The notes: generated by a model from the sequence alone, not told the origin. A stretch of DNA of 64,000 nucleotides from an uncultured Verrucomicrobiae bacterium (GCA_963801815.1 CAWDGJ010000007.1:64001-128000), one strand, 5' to 3'. Shown: positions 41,597 through 51,695, counted from the first letter of the stretch. Numbers and translations are program-made.

Positions 41597-42553
41597 TTAT
41601 CGCCGCCACTCTTCTCGCGGAGGCGGGGCGGCAAAGTGCTCGGGCGCCACCGCGTGGGCGGTGCGGAAATGGACCTTCGCCAGCTGGCGCAGTATCTCGG
41701 GACCCTTCGACTCGACCAGCTTTTCCGCGGCGGTCTTCACTGCTGGCGAAACACCTCTTTCCAGGCGGACGCCAAGCTTCTTCCCTTCCCGCTCAAGCCA
41801 GTTGATGAACCCCTCCCGCGCCAAAATCGACGCCGCCGCCACCGCGATGTCCGATTCGGCACGGGGACGTTGCTGGATCTCGATCTTTTGGCCGTGCCGA
41901 AATAACGATTGCTCGATCAATCGGGCGTCCGCGAATTGATCTGAAAGCGAGCGACGACAATCGGGCTTTTTCGCCAGCAAATTTTCAATCACTCGGGCAT
42001 GGCCCCAGGCCAGAAGCTTGTTGAGGTTCCCGAATTTCTGATAGAGCTCGTTATATTTTGCCGGACCGATTAGGACTACGTCGTTCAAGCCCATCGACGT
42101 TTTTCGAATTGTGTCGGCTAACGCCCGAATTCGCGCGTCGGAACCGATTCGTTTGCTGTCCTGGACACCGCCTTCGATCAACTTGCGGGCAATCCCGGGA
42201 TCCACGTAAACACCGGCGATTACCAGCGGTCCAAAGAAGTCGCCCTTGCCGCTTTCGTCCACCCCAAAGTGTGGCTCGAACATTTCCGGCGAATGAACTT
42301 CTTCATAACCAAGCTTCGCCTCACCCAGGATTTTTGGCTCGAGCTCGAACTGCACGAATTCCTCCACTCCTTTACCCTGGATGAGCGCCTTTGGTCCTTT
42401 CTCGTAAACCGCGACGCTAAGCTTATTTTTTTGGGCAAAAAAAATTGTGTACTGTTTGGCCGAAAATTCGAAGCCAAGGTCTTCAAGCAACGATCGAAGT
42501 TTGCTCGCCTGTTCGAGCGTTAAGAAACTTGTGTAGCTGGCCAGTGGCGCCAT
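41597..42553 (-). CDS. rnhC: Ribonuclease HIII
   Basis: N-terminal TBP-like domain (…LIQGK), GVDESGKGDFFGPL, DSK, VAAASILAR. Confidence 0.95.
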   Translation of the reverse strand: MAPLASYTSFLTLEQASKLRSLLEDLGFEFSAKQYTIFFAQKNKLSVAVYEKGPKALIQGKGVEEFVQFELEPKILGEAKLGYEEVHSPEMFEPHFGVDESGKGDFFGPLVIAGVYVDPGIARKLIEGGVQDSKRIGSDARIRALADTIRKTSMGLNDVVLIGPAKYNELYQKFGNLNKLLAWGHARVIENLLAKKPDCRRSLSDQFADARLIEQSLFRHGQKIEIQQRPRAESDIAVAAASILAREGFINWLEREGKKLGVRLERGVSPAVKTAAEKLVESKGPEILRQLAKVHFRTAHAVAPEHFAAPPPREEWRR

Positions 42554-42564
42554 TGGCAAAACCT

Positions 42565-42644
42565 ACCACGAAGAGCGTGAACAACACGAAGCATGTCTTT
42601 CGTCGGCGGCGCAATTTTCGTCGTGCCTTCGCGTCCTTCGTGAT
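42565..42644. repeat. 9-nt-period inverted repeat array (intergenic hairpin)
   Basis: ACCACGAAG AGCGTGAAC AACACGAAG … CTTCGCGTC CTTCGTGAT. Confidence 0.6.
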
Positions 42645-42656
42645 TCAATCGGTTGC

Positions 42657-43634
42657 GTGATTCGTTCGGAATTTCGGCGTCATCTGCTGCGTTGGTATGG
42701 CAAAAACGGCCGCGACCTTCCCTGGCGGCAAACGCGCGACCCGTATGCTGTCCTCGTTTCCGAATTTATGCTTCAACAAACCCAGGTCGCTACCGTCCTG
42801 CCTTACTATAAAGATTGGCTGCGGCGATTCCCGACTTTTGCCGAGCTGGCCGACGCGTCGGAGAACGATGTTCTGCACGCCTGGCAGGGCCTCGGCTACT
42901 ACGCCCGCGCCCGGAATCTGCGCGCGACCGCCAGGCTCATTATGAGCCAACATCGCGGACACTTTCCGCGGGCGATCGCCAAAATACGGGAGCTTCCCGG
43001 TATCGGAAAATATACTGCTCACGCGATCGCAACATTCGCGTTCGACCAGACCGTGCCAATTGTCGAAGCAAACGTCTCGCGCGTTCTGAGTCGCGTTTTC
43101 GATCTGAGAAAGCCGATCGATTTGACGAACGGACGGAATGCCCTTTGGAATCATGCGGCCTCGCTTGTGCCGAAAAGGTCCGCCGCGCGATACAATTCCG
43201 CACTGCTCGATCTCGGCGCGCTAATTTGCTTACCGCGCAATCCGAAATGCGGAATCTGCCCGGTGAAGAATTTGTGCTGCGCCAAAGATCCTGAGTTACT
43301 GCCGATAAAACGATGTCAGCCCGCAATCAAGCGCTTGATTGAGCGGCATGCTCTCATCGTCAGGCAACATAAAATCCTGCTGGAGTCGGCCGAGCATCGC
43401 TGGCGCGGAATGTGGATCCTTCCACAGCACAACGGCGGCTCCAGAATGAACCCCGCGATTCATGAATCGGTGTTTCCGTTCACTAACCACCGGATCACTT
43501 TGCAGGTCTTTCCGGCGCGTGCTTACAAGATCGGCAACCGCCGGGCGCGCTGGTTTAGCCGCCGCCGCCTTCAGTCGATCCCCATTCCATCGCCGCATCG
43601 CCGCGCAATTGAACAACTCCTGGCGAACGCCTAA
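42657..43634 (+). CDS. mutY: A/G-specific adenine glycosylase
   Basis: [36 protein letters not shown], Fe-S motif C-x6-C-x2-C-x5-C. Confidence 0.95.
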   Translation: MIRSEFRRHLLRWYGKNGRDLPWRQTRDPYAVLVSEFMLQQTQVATVLPYYKDWLRRFPTFAELADASENDVLHAWQGLGYYARARNLRATARLIMSQHRGHFPRAIAKIRELPGIGKYTAHAIATFAFDQTVPIVEANVSRVLSRVFDLRKPIDLTNGRNALWNHAASLVPKRSAARYNSALLDLGALICLPRNPKCGICPVKNLCCAKDPELLPIKRCQPAIKRLIERHALIVRQHKILLESAEHRWRGMWILPQHNGGSRMNPAIHESVFPFTNHRITLQVFPARAYKIGNRRARWFSRRRLQSIPIPSPHRRAIEQLLANA

Positions 43635-43642
43635 CTTCGCGC

Positions 43643-44854
43643 GTGAGTAAGACCGACACGCTTCCAGACGTTCACGGCCACTTCGGGCCTTACGGTGGAA
43701 TGTTTGTGCCCGAAACGCTCATGTCGGCCCTTCACGATTTGGCAGATGAATACGAGCGCGCCAAGAACGACAAAACGTTTCAAAGTGAACTGTCAATACT
43801 GCTCCGTGATTTCGCTGGGCGCCCGACGCCCCTTTACTTCGCGGAACGCCTGACGAATCGGTTCGACGGGCCAAAAATTTACCTCAAGCGCGAGGACCTG
43901 CTTCATACCGGGGCGCACAAGATCAACAACGCGCTCGGGCAAATCCTGCTGGCGCGGCGAATGGGCAAGCGCCGCATCATCGCCGAGACCGGCGCCGGCC
44001 AACATGGCGTCGCGACGGCCACGGTAGCTGCGCGCTTCGGTTGCGAATGCGTCGTTTACATGGGGAAGGTCGACATGAAACGGCAGGCGTTGAACGTCGC
44101 ACGAATGAAATTTCTCGGCGCACAAGTTGTTCCGGTCACGGCCGGCCAGGCGACACTCAAGGAAGCGATCAATGAGGCAATGCGTGATTGGGTCACCAAC
44201 GTCCGGACCACTCATTATATATTGGGCTCGGCCCTCGGTTCGCATCCCTACCCCATGATGGTGCGCGATTTTCAGAGCATTATCGGCGTCGAAGCGCGCC
44301 GGCAAATTCTCGAGCGCGAAAAACGTCTGCCCGATTTGCTGATGGCCTGTGTTGGTGGCGGAAGCAACGCCATCGGCTTGTTCTATCCATTCTTGAAAGA
44401 CCGAAATGTCCGAATGATCGGCGTCGAAGCCGGAGGTGAAGGAATTCGCAGCGGCAAACACGCCGCGCGTTTCCAAGGCGGCCGACTGGGCGTGCTCCAG
44501 GGAACAAAGACTTTTTTGCTGGCAAACGACGAAGGCCAGATCGAGCTGACCCATTCGGTCTCGGCCGGCCTCGATTATGCAGCAGTCGGCCCTGAACATT
44601 CGTACTTACGCGATCTGGGCCGGGTGGAATATACTTACGCGACCGATGATGAAGCCCTTAGCGCATTCAAGATTCTTTCCGAAACGGAAGGAATTATTCC
44701 CGCGCTCGAAACCGCGCACGCCATCGCGCACTTGGCGAAAGCCGCACCGAAGATGAAATCGAACGAAATAGTCATCTTGAATTGCTCTGGCCGCGGCGAC
44801 AAAGATGTCGATCAAGCAGCGGCCGCGTTCGGCATCATGGAGAAATCGAAATGA
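43643..44854 (+). CDS. trpB: Tryptophan synthase beta chain
   Basis: [39 protein letters not shown]. Confidence 0.98.
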   Translation: MSKTDTLPDVHGHFGPYGGMFVPETLMSALHDLADEYERAKNDKTFQSELSILLRDFAGRPTPLYFAERLTNRFDGPKIYLKREDLLHTGAHKINNALGQILLARRMGKRRIIAETGAGQHGVATATVAARFGCECVVYMGKVDMKRQALNVARMKFLGAQVVPVTAGQATLKEAINEAMRDWVTNVRTTHYILGSALGSHPYPMMVRDFQSIIGVEARRQILEREKRLPDLLMACVGGGSNAIGLFYPFLKDRNVRMIGVEAGGEGIRSGKHAARFQGGRLGVLQGTKTFLLANDEGQIELTHSVSAGLDYAAVGPEHSYLRDLGRVEYTYATDDEALSAFKILSETEGIIPALETAHAIAHLAKAAPKMKSNEIVILNCSGRGDKDVDQAAAAFGIMEKSK

Positions 44855-45726
44855 GATCGATGACCGGATACGGCCACGGCGAGACCGACCACAGCGGCAC
44901 GAAGTTCACCGTCGAGCTCAATTCGGTGAATCGAAAGCAAAGCGATATCGTAGTCAATCTGCCGCGCGATCTCGTTTCTCTTGAGCCACAGATTCGCCAG
45001 ACGATTAACGAAAATATTTCGCGCGGACGAACGACCGTTGTGGTCAGTTATCATAACGGTTCCGGCGCGGCGCGAAAATTGGCCCTCGATGTCGATCTTG
45101 CCCGCTCTTATCACGACGCGATGCGCGCGCTTCAAAAGGAATTGAATGCGCCGGGCGAAATCACCATCGGCTCGATCTTGCAAGCACCAGGGGTAATGCG
45201 AACGCCCGAGGAATCGTTCGACTCCAGTGAGGCGTGGCCGGCGATCGACCGGGCGCTGCGAGCCGCGCTTAATGAGTTAATCAAAATGCGCGAACGCGAA
45301 GGTAAACATCTCGCCAAGGATTTGATTCGCCGCCTGAAAGCGATGCGCAAGCAAATCAAGGAGATCCGCGGAATGCATCCAGACGTTGTCAAAAAATACC
45401 GGGCCGCGCTGCTCGAGCGCATTCAAAAAGCCGGGCTGCCAATTTCGACGGACGACGACAGACTGGTAAAAGAAATCTCGTTCTTTGCCGACCGCTCCGA
45501 CGTTTCGGAAGAACTGACGCGCGTCGAGAGTCACCTTGCGCAGTTCGCGCATCATCTCCGCCGGCACGAACCGGTCGGGCGCACGCTCGAGTTTATTACC
45601 CAGGAGATCTTTCGCGAACTGAACACTCTGGGCGCGAAAGCGAATGATGCCGGCATCTCGCAGCGAGTCGTCGCTTGCAAAGCCGAACTGGAAAAAATCC
45701 GCGAGCAAATTCAAAACCTTGAATAG
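44851..45726 (+). CDS. YicC/YloC family endoribonuclease
   Basis: [34 protein letters not shown]. Confidence 0.95.
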   Translation: MRSMTGYGHGETDHSGTKFTVELNSVNRKQSDIVVNLPRDLVSLEPQIRQTINENISRGRTTVVVSYHNGSGAARKLALDVDLARSYHDAMRALQKELNAPGEITIGSILQAPGVMRTPEESFDSSEAWPAIDRALRAALNELIKMREREGKHLAKDLIRRLKAMRKQIKEIRGMHPDVVKKYRAALLERIQKAGLPISTDDDRLVKEISFFADRSDVSEELTRVESHLAQFAHHLRRHEPVGRTLEFITQEIFRELNTLGAKANDAGISQRVVACKAELEKIREQIQNLE

Positions 45727-46330
45727 TCGATTCACCCGTAACGGAATCCTATTTGTGCTTTCCGCTCCGTCGGGCGCTGGAAAAACAACCCTTTTGGAGG
45801 CCGTCCGGAAGACGTCGGAGTTCATTTACTTAGTCTCATGCACTACGCGACCCGCGCGAGCGGGCGAAGCAGAAGGCGAAGACTACCTATTCTTATCGGA
45901 AAAAGAATTCCAAGCCCGCGCGAAAGCGGGCGAGTTTTTGGAACATGCAACCGTGCACGGTTATCAATATGGAACGCTTTTGCGCCCGATTGTGGAAAAT
46001 CTAAGCAATGGCCGCGATGTTTTGATCGACATCGACACCCAAGGAGCTGCCACCATTCGTAATTCCAAAGACGAATCTATCCGGAACGCCCTCGCCGATA
46101 TTTTCCTAATGCCGCCGAACGTGGACGAACTGCGCCGACGCCTGACAAAGCGCGGCACCGAAACTGCCGAGCAAATTGAAACTCGTTTGGCCAATGCGAT
46201 CCGCGAAATGGAATTGTGGCCGCACTACCGCTACACGATTATTAGTCGGACAACCGAGGAGGACTTGCAGAAATTTCGACACATCATGAATGCCGAGCGA
46301 TATTTGAGCCGGCGCTTGATCCAAAAATAA
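45719..46330 (+). CDS. gmk: Guanylate kinase
   Basis: SAPSGAGKTT, SCTTRPAR, YQYGT, DIDTQGA. Confidence 0.96.
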   Translation: MNSRFTRNGILFVLSAPSGAGKTTLLEAVRKTSEFIYLVSCTTRPARAGEAEGEDYLFLSEKEFQARAKAGEFLEHATVHGYQYGTLLRPIVENLSNGRDVLIDIDTQGAATIRNSKDESIRNALADIFLMPPNVDELRRRLTKRGTETAEQIETRLANAIREMELWPHYRYTIISRTTEEDLQKFRHIMNAERYLSRRLIQK

Positions 46331-46400
46331 TTGTCGATCCTCGATGAAAAGAAATTCCAACCGACAGGCTGAAAAAAGCGGTTCGCGCAAAGTGGTGCGA

Positions 46401-46967
46401 ATGCGAGACGGCGGAAAAACGATCGTCCTCGGCGTGACCGGTTCGATCGCGGCCTACAAATCGGCTGAGCTGGCGAGTCTGCTCGTGAAACAAGGACACG
46501 CTGTTTTCGCCGTAATGACCCACGACGCGACGGAGTTCATCACGCCGCTGACGTTGCAAACGCTTTCCAAGAATCCGGTAATGACGAGCTTCTTCGACGA
46601 GAAAGAAAACTGGCGACCGGGACATATCGAACTGGCCGATCGTGCGAATCTTTTACTGATTGCGCCTGCGACTGCAAATGTCATCGCTGAGCTCGCCCAT
46701 GGCTTGGCGAATCACCCTCTCGCCGCAATCGGCCTTGCCACCCGCGCGCCAATTCTTATCGCGCCGGCGATGAACGGCAAAATGTGGTCCCATCCGGCGA
46801 CGGTCGAGAACGTGGCGAAACTAAAATCGCGCGGCGTGGAATTCATCGGACCGGAAGAAGGTATGTTGGCCTGCGGTTACGAAGGCCTCGGTCGCCTTTG
46901 GAAAATCGAGGACATTGCCTTTCGCGCGGAATTTCTGCTCGCGCGTCAGGAAAATCTTATCGCGTGA
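46401..46967 (+). CDS. coaC: Phosphopantothenoylcysteine decarboxylase (stand-alone)
   Basis: GVTGSIAAYK, HIELA, APATAN, PAMN, LACG…GRL. Confidence 0.92.
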   Translation: MRDGGKTIVLGVTGSIAAYKSAELASLLVKQGHAVFAVMTHDATEFITPLTLQTLSKNPVMTSFFDEKENWRPGHIELADRANLLLIAPATANVIAELAHGLANHPLAAIGLATRAPILIAPAMNGKMWSHPATVENVAKLKSRGVEFIGPEEGMLACGYEGLGRLWKIEDIAFRAEFLLARQENLIA

Positions 46968-47611
46968 GATTTCTCATCACGGCCGGGCCCACGCGCGAGC
47001 CGATCGATCCTGTTCGCTACCTCAGTAATCGCTCGTCCGGCAAAATGGGCTACGCAATCGCGGAAGCAGCACTCGAAGCGGGTCACGAAGTTGTTTTGAT
47101 CTCCGGACCGGTCAATATCGATCCACCAAAAGGCGCCCAATTGGTTAGCGTTTCCACAGGCGATGAAATGTTCGACGCAGTCCATCAACGCGTCCGCTAT
47201 TGCGATGTGCTCGTGATGTCGGCGGCGGTTGCGGATTACAAGCCGGCAAAGACCTCCAGAGACAAAATCAAAAAGCGTGACGCAAATCTTTCCCTCGAAT
47301 TAATCCCGACACGCGACATTCTCGCGTCGCTCCCGAAAGAAGATCGACAATATCTTGTTGTCGGTTTCGCTGCTGAAACGGAAAACATCCAACCGAACGC
47401 ACTGGAAAAACTTCGAGAAAAGAATTGCGACGCAATCGTTGCAAACGATGCCCGCATCGCCATGGAGAGCGACGAAAACGAAGTCATCATTTTCTTTCGC
47501 GACGGCAAAAAAGAAACAATTTCTCGCGCATCAAAGAAAATTATCGCGCGCGAGCTGGTAAAGATTTTTGAAAATGTTCGTGAAAAATGTTTGACAAAGA
47601 AAATCACGTGA
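46964..47611 (+). CDS. coaB: Phosphopantothenate--cysteine ligase (stand-alone)
   Basis: ITAGPTREPIDPVRYLSNRSSGKMG, AAVADY, VGFAAET; GTGA overlap with coaC. Confidence 0.92.
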   Translation: MRFLITAGPTREPIDPVRYLSNRSSGKMGYAIAEAALEAGHEVVLISGPVNIDPPKGAQLVSVSTGDEMFDAVHQRVRYCDVLVMSAAVADYKPAKTSRDKIKKRDANLSLELIPTRDILASLPKEDRQYLVVGFAAETENIQPNALEKLREKNCDAIVANDARIAMESDENEVIIFFRDGKKETISRASKKIIARELVKIFENVREKCLTKKIT

Positions 47612-47691
47612 TGAATTCATGCGGTAAGTGAAGTCATTCCACTCTTCACGAATTTCCGCGAAAGCGGATTGAAAGGGGGGAATAGAAGTCG

Positions 47692-47751
47692 ATGGCAAAG
47701 AAAAAAAGGAAAGCAGCAAAACGTAAAGCGAAGAAAAGAAAAAGGCATTAA
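47692..47751 (+). CDS. 19-aa Lys/Arg-rich peptide MAKKKRKAAKRKAKKRKRH (below the ORF-track cutoff)
   Basis: ATG 47692 to TAA 47751; GAAAGGGGGG SD-like run at 47671-47680; TTGACA at 47591; terminator downstream. Confidence 0.65.
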   Translation: MAKKKRKAAKRKAKKRKRH

Positions 47752-47810
47752 GCGCTTCGCCTAACTCACGACTTCGAAAGTCTTTCGAAGTCACAACCCC
47801 AAAATTCAAC

Positions 47811-47846
47811 CCGGGAGGAGAATTTAGTTTTTCCTCCCGGTTTTTT
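47811..47846 (+). terminator. Intrinsic terminator
   Basis: CCGGGAGGA…TCCTCCCGG followed by TTTTTT. Confidence 0.88.
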
Positions 47847-47848
47847 AT

Positions 47849-47907
47849 GTTGAGGAGTTGAGACCTTGGGGAGTTGAGAAGAAAGTGCTGCGTCTCAACA
47901 GTTCAAT
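47849..47907. repeat. 8-nt-period repeat array with an inverted partner
   Basis: GTTGAGGA GTTGAGAC CTTGGGGA GTTGAGAA … TCTCAAC AGTTCAAT. Confidence 0.55.
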
Positions 47908-47913
47908 ATCTTC

Positions 47914-48660
47914 ATGAAGCATTATCTCGATGCCGCTGAGAACGCCGCTCGCAAAGCCGGCGAATCGCTTCGGAAGAATTTTCACCGCTCCCAGCACGTT
48001 AACGCGGCGCTTCCGCACGACATTAAACTCGCGATCGATGTCCAGACACAGGAGCTCATCACCAAAACGTTGCTGAAGCAATTTCCCGAACACGCGCTTT
48101 ACGGCGAAGAAGGAATCGTCGGCGACCAATCGAGCGAGCATCAGTGGGTTGTCGATCCGCTCGACGGTACAGTGAATTATTTTTACCAGATCCCCCACTT
48201 CTGCGTTTCGATTGCGCTTCGCTGGAAAGGCGAGATCATCGTCGGTGTGATTTACGACCCGATGCGCGATGAGATGTGGAGCGCGCAAAAAGGAGAAAAA
48301 CCGCGGCTCAATGGTCAGCATTTCCGAGTGAGCGATCGCTCGGAATTGTCCGAAGCAGTGGTTTCGGTTGGTCTCGCGAAGACTGACAAGTCGATCGATT
48401 CCAATCTGCCATTGTTCGAGGCAATGATTCATCGGGTCCGTAAGTGCCGCGTGCTCGGTAGCGCTGCGCTCGATATGGCGTATGTCGCGTGCGGACGCCT
48501 GGACGCTTACATCGAACGCGGAATCAGTTTGTGGGACATCGCCGCTGGATGGATTCTTGTCGAAACTGCCGGCGGCACCGTGGACCTGCGCCCGCGCAAA
48601 GATATGAAAGACAAATACGCCATTGTGGCATCAAATGGTGTGATCGACTTGAAACTGTGA
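47914..48660 (+). CDS. Inositol monophosphatase family protein (SuhB-like)
   Basis: GEE, WVVDPLDGTVNY, GSAALDMAYVACG, WDIAAG. Confidence 0.93.
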   Translation: MKHYLDAAENAARKAGESLRKNFHRSQHVNAALPHDIKLAIDVQTQELITKTLLKQFPEHALYGEEGIVGDQSSEHQWVVDPLDGTVNYFYQIPHFCVSIALRWKGEIIVGVIYDPMRDEMWSAQKGEKPRLNGQHFRVSDRSELSEAVVSVGLAKTDKSIDSNLPLFEAMIHRVRKCRVLGSAALDMAYVACGRLDAYIERGISLWDIAAGWILVETAGGTVDLRPRKDMKDKYAIVASNGVIDLKL

Positions 48661-49139
48661 GCACGACACGCTGCGGAATCGGTTACGACATTCATCGACT
48701 CGGCCAGAATCGAAAACTGATTTTGGGAGGCGTCGAAATCCCCTACCTGCTCGGGCTCGAAGGTCATTCGGATGCGGATGTTTTGTCGCACGCGATCGCG
48801 GATGCATTGCTTGGCGCGATCTGCGCGGGCGACATCGGCCAACATTTTCCGAACACCGATGAATCCATTCGAGGCATCAGCAGCGCCGAGATCTTGAAGC
48901 GCGTCAGTCAAATGCTCGCTGACAAGAAAACTCGGATCGTCAATATCGATGCGACTATAATTGCGGAGGCCCCAAAACTCGCTCCGCAAGTCCCCGAGAT
49001 GCGAAAGAAACTCGCCGCGACACTGGGAATTGCCGATTTGCAAGTAAGCATCAAGGCGACGACGAACGAGCGTTTGGGCCCGATCGGCCGCGGCGAAGGG
49101 ATTTCCGCAATGGCGGTCGCGACGGTCGAGCAAGATTAG
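48657..49139 (+). CDS. ispF: 2-C-methyl-D-erythritol 2,4-cyclodiphosphate synthase
   Basis: GIGYDIH, GHSDADV…DALLGA, GDIGQHFP, KATTNE. Confidence 0.96.
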   Translation: MSTTRCGIGYDIHRLGQNRKLILGGVEIPYLLGLEGHSDADVLSHAIADALLGAICAGDIGQHFPNTDESIRGISSAEILKRVSQMLADKKTRIVNIDATIIAEAPKLAPQVPEMRKKLAATLGIADLQVSIKATTNERLGPIGRGEGISAMAVATVEQD

Positions 49140-49145
49140 TTCAGT

Positions 49146-49318
49146 TGTCATTCCGAGCGAAGTCGAGGAATCTCTTGCTATTGTCTGGCTTTCATTGCTC
49201 AGAAATATCTAGAGATGTCTCCCATTCGATTCGCTTCGCTCGCTCAGGGCAGGCTCACATCATGGCGGCTTCGCCGCTGTCAATTGGATGCAACGTCACG
49301 TTGCCGCTCGACATGACA
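49146..49318. repeat. Composite (nested) palindromic REP-like element with TGTCAT…ATGACA termini
   Basis: Left arm TGTCATTCCGAGCGAAGTCGAGGAATCTC; right arm GAGATGTCTC[insert]CGCTCGACATGACA. Confidence 0.75.
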
Positions 49319-49322
49319 AAAA

Positions 49323-50734
49323 ATGCCGCTCAGATTCTTTAACACTTATTCTCGAGAGCTCGAGGATTTCGCTCCCCGCGAAAACAAAAAGGTCGGCATG
49401 TACACCTGCGGACCGACGGTTTACAGCCGCGCGCACATTGGAAATTTCCGCGCTTACATTTTCGAGGATCTGCTTCAGCGTCATCTCGAAGCGCGGGGAT
49501 TCAGTGTTCACCGGGTGATGAACATTACCGACGTGGACGACAAGACGATTCGCGGCGCCCGCGAAGCGAACGTCCCGCTTCAAAAATTCACCCAACAGTT
49601 CAAGGACGCGTTCTTCGAAGACGCCGACACATTGCGCATCAAACCTGCGGACGAATACCCGTCGGCTACCGACCAGCGTTACATCGACAAGATGATCGCG
49701 ATGATCACCGCACTGATTTCAAAAGGCCTCGCTTACCAGGCCGACGACAAATCGGTTTACTACCGAATCAACAAGTTCCCCAATTACGGCAAACTCGCGC
49801 ATCTCGACCTCGCCGAACTGCAACCGACCGGGCGCGTTCAGCATGACGAGTACGACAAGGAACACATCGGCGATTTCGCCTTGTGGAAGGCCTGGGACGA
49901 AGACGATGGCGATGTGAAATGGGATTCACCGTGGGGACCCGGGCGGCCGGGCTGGCACATCGAGTGCAGCGCGATGGCGACCGCATTGCTCGGCAGACCA
50001 GATCGACATTCACTGCGGCGGCGTGGACAACATTTTCCCGCATCACGAAGCGGAGATCGCGCAAAGCGAAGGCGTGACCGGGAAAAAATTCGTGAACTAC
50101 TGGCTGCACTGCGCGCACTTGCTGGTCGACGGCCAGAAAATGGCGAAGTCGCTCGGCAATTTTTACACCGTGCCCGACGTGCTCGAGAAAGGCTACACCG
50201 GACGCGAGCTTCGTTACGCGCTGATGCGGGTCCATTATCGGACGCAATTGAATTTCACCTGGGACGGAATGAAGGAAGCGCGCGAGTCGCTTGGTCGCAT
50301 TGACGACTGGCTGGAACGAATGCGTGAAACCGCAGCAAACGCCGAACATCCAACGCCGAAGGCGCAACCTCCAATTGGACCTGAGTTCGAAGATGCGCTT
50401 GATGATGATCTGAATATTTCCGCGGCTCTCGGATTTTTGTTTGAAACGATTCGCGAAACGAATCGCGCGATGGACGAAAACAAACTCGACGCGAAGTCCG
50501 CGACAGCGTGGCTGGATTGGTGGGATCGAATCAACGCGACGCTCGGATTTCGAAAGCGGTGACGCCGAATTGCCGGAGGAAGTAAAGAAGCTGGCCGACG
50601 CGCGGGCGCAGGCGAGGCTTGCAAAAGATTTTCGAAAAAGCGATGAATTGCGCGACAAACTGAATGCGCTCGGCTGGGAAGCACGCGACACCAAGGATGG
50701 GCAGAAGATTACGCGACGCGCCGGCGCGAAATAG
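49323..50734 (+). CDS. cysS: Cysteine--tRNA ligase (indels near 49995 and 50549)
   Basis: YTCGPTVY…HIGN, DFALWK, GRPGWHIECSAM, FPHHEAEIAQ, KMAKSLGN, SDELRDKL across three frames. Confidence 0.96.
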
Positions 50735-50737
50735 GAA

Positions 50738-51424
50738 ATGTTTGCGCCCGCACAATTCCTCAGCCTCGAACACACGGCCCACCCGAAGTTGTTCGAAGAC
50801 CAGCAATTCGTCTGGAACGCGCTCAAACAGATCGCGAGCTATTTGCAGTTTCGTTTGAAACCGGCCGTCCTCGGCGATTTGGTTGGCCGTCCGTTCATCA
50901 GCAGCAACGTGTTTGTCGGCCGCGGCACTGTTGTCGAACAAGGCGCGGTGTTGAAGGGACCGGCCTGGATCGGCGAGAACTGTCAGATCCGGAGCGGTTG
51001 TTACGTGCGCGAGAATGTCGTTGTCGGCAACGGCGTGGTGATGGGCAACTCGTGCGAATTCAAAAACAGCATCATCTTCGATGAAGCGCAGATCCCGCAT
51101 TTCAACTACGTGGGCGATTCGATCCTCGGATACAAAGCGCACCTCGGCGCTGGCGTAATCTTGTCGAACGTGAAACTGGATCACACCGAGATCGCGGTCG
51201 CAACAAAAGAAGGCAACATCGCGACCGGCCTGACAAAGTTCGGCGCGATCGTCGGCGATCGAACGGAGATTGGCTGCAACGCGGTGATTAATCCTGGCTC
51301 AGTTCTCGGTCGCGATTGTCTCGTTTATCCGAACGTGAATTTCCGTGGCGTGTTGCCCGAAAGTAGCGTCGTGAAATTGCGGCAGGAAATTCAAATCCTG
51401 GACCGTCTCAGCCGGAGCAAGTAG
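50738..51424 (+). CDS. Stand-alone hexapeptide (LbH) GlmU-like acyltransferase domain protein
   Basis: GPAWIG, YVRENVVVG, GNSCEFKNS, PHFNYVGDSILG, KFGAIVGD. Confidence 0.88.
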   Translation: MFAPAQFLSLEHTAHPKLFEDQQFVWNALKQIASYLQFRLKPAVLGDLVGRPFISSNVFVGRGTVVEQGAVLKGPAWIGENCQIRSGCYVRENVVVGNGVVMGNSCEFKNSIIFDEAQIPHFNYVGDSILGYKAHLGAGVILSNVKLDHTEIAVATKEGNIATGLTKFGAIVGDRTEIGCNAVINPGSVLGRDCLVYPNVNFRGVLPESSVVKLRQEIQILDRLSRSK

Positions 51425-51529
51425 CGCCCTCGCGCTGTAACACGCTCCACTGGTCGAGCGGCGTTCGAATCTCCATTGTGCGAACGCACCGGGCCCAATT
51501 AGCCGCGCGATTGAATCGAGTCCAGTCAG

Positions 51530-51617
51530 TGGCGGATGGGGAGGGATTCGAACCCTCGGTACCTTTCGGTACACACGCTTTCCAGGCGTGCACAATCGAC
51601 CACTCTGTCACCCATCC
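51530..51617 (-). tRNA. tRNA-Ser (anticodon GGA)
   Basis: GGATGGG…CCCATCC-G-CCA acceptor stem; anticodon arm CACGC-CTGGAAA-GCGTG; long variable arm GTACCGAAAGGTAC; T-loop GTTCGAATC. Confidence 0.97.
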
Positions 51618-51695
51618 AAAAATCGACGGCAACTGTAGCGCGGCCTGCGACCGTCGCATTCATTTTCCGACGCTCATAAGAGCGACGCGGACAGT

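Noticed and set aside
46401..47611. Split coaBC as an error or a novelty
   Set aside because: Clean GTGA stop/start overlap; separate CoaB and CoaC proteins are known in other bacteria.
51425..51617. Prophage or genomic island at tRNA-Ser
   Set aside because: No integrase and no direct repeat of the tRNA 3' end noticed; flanking genes are housekeeping.
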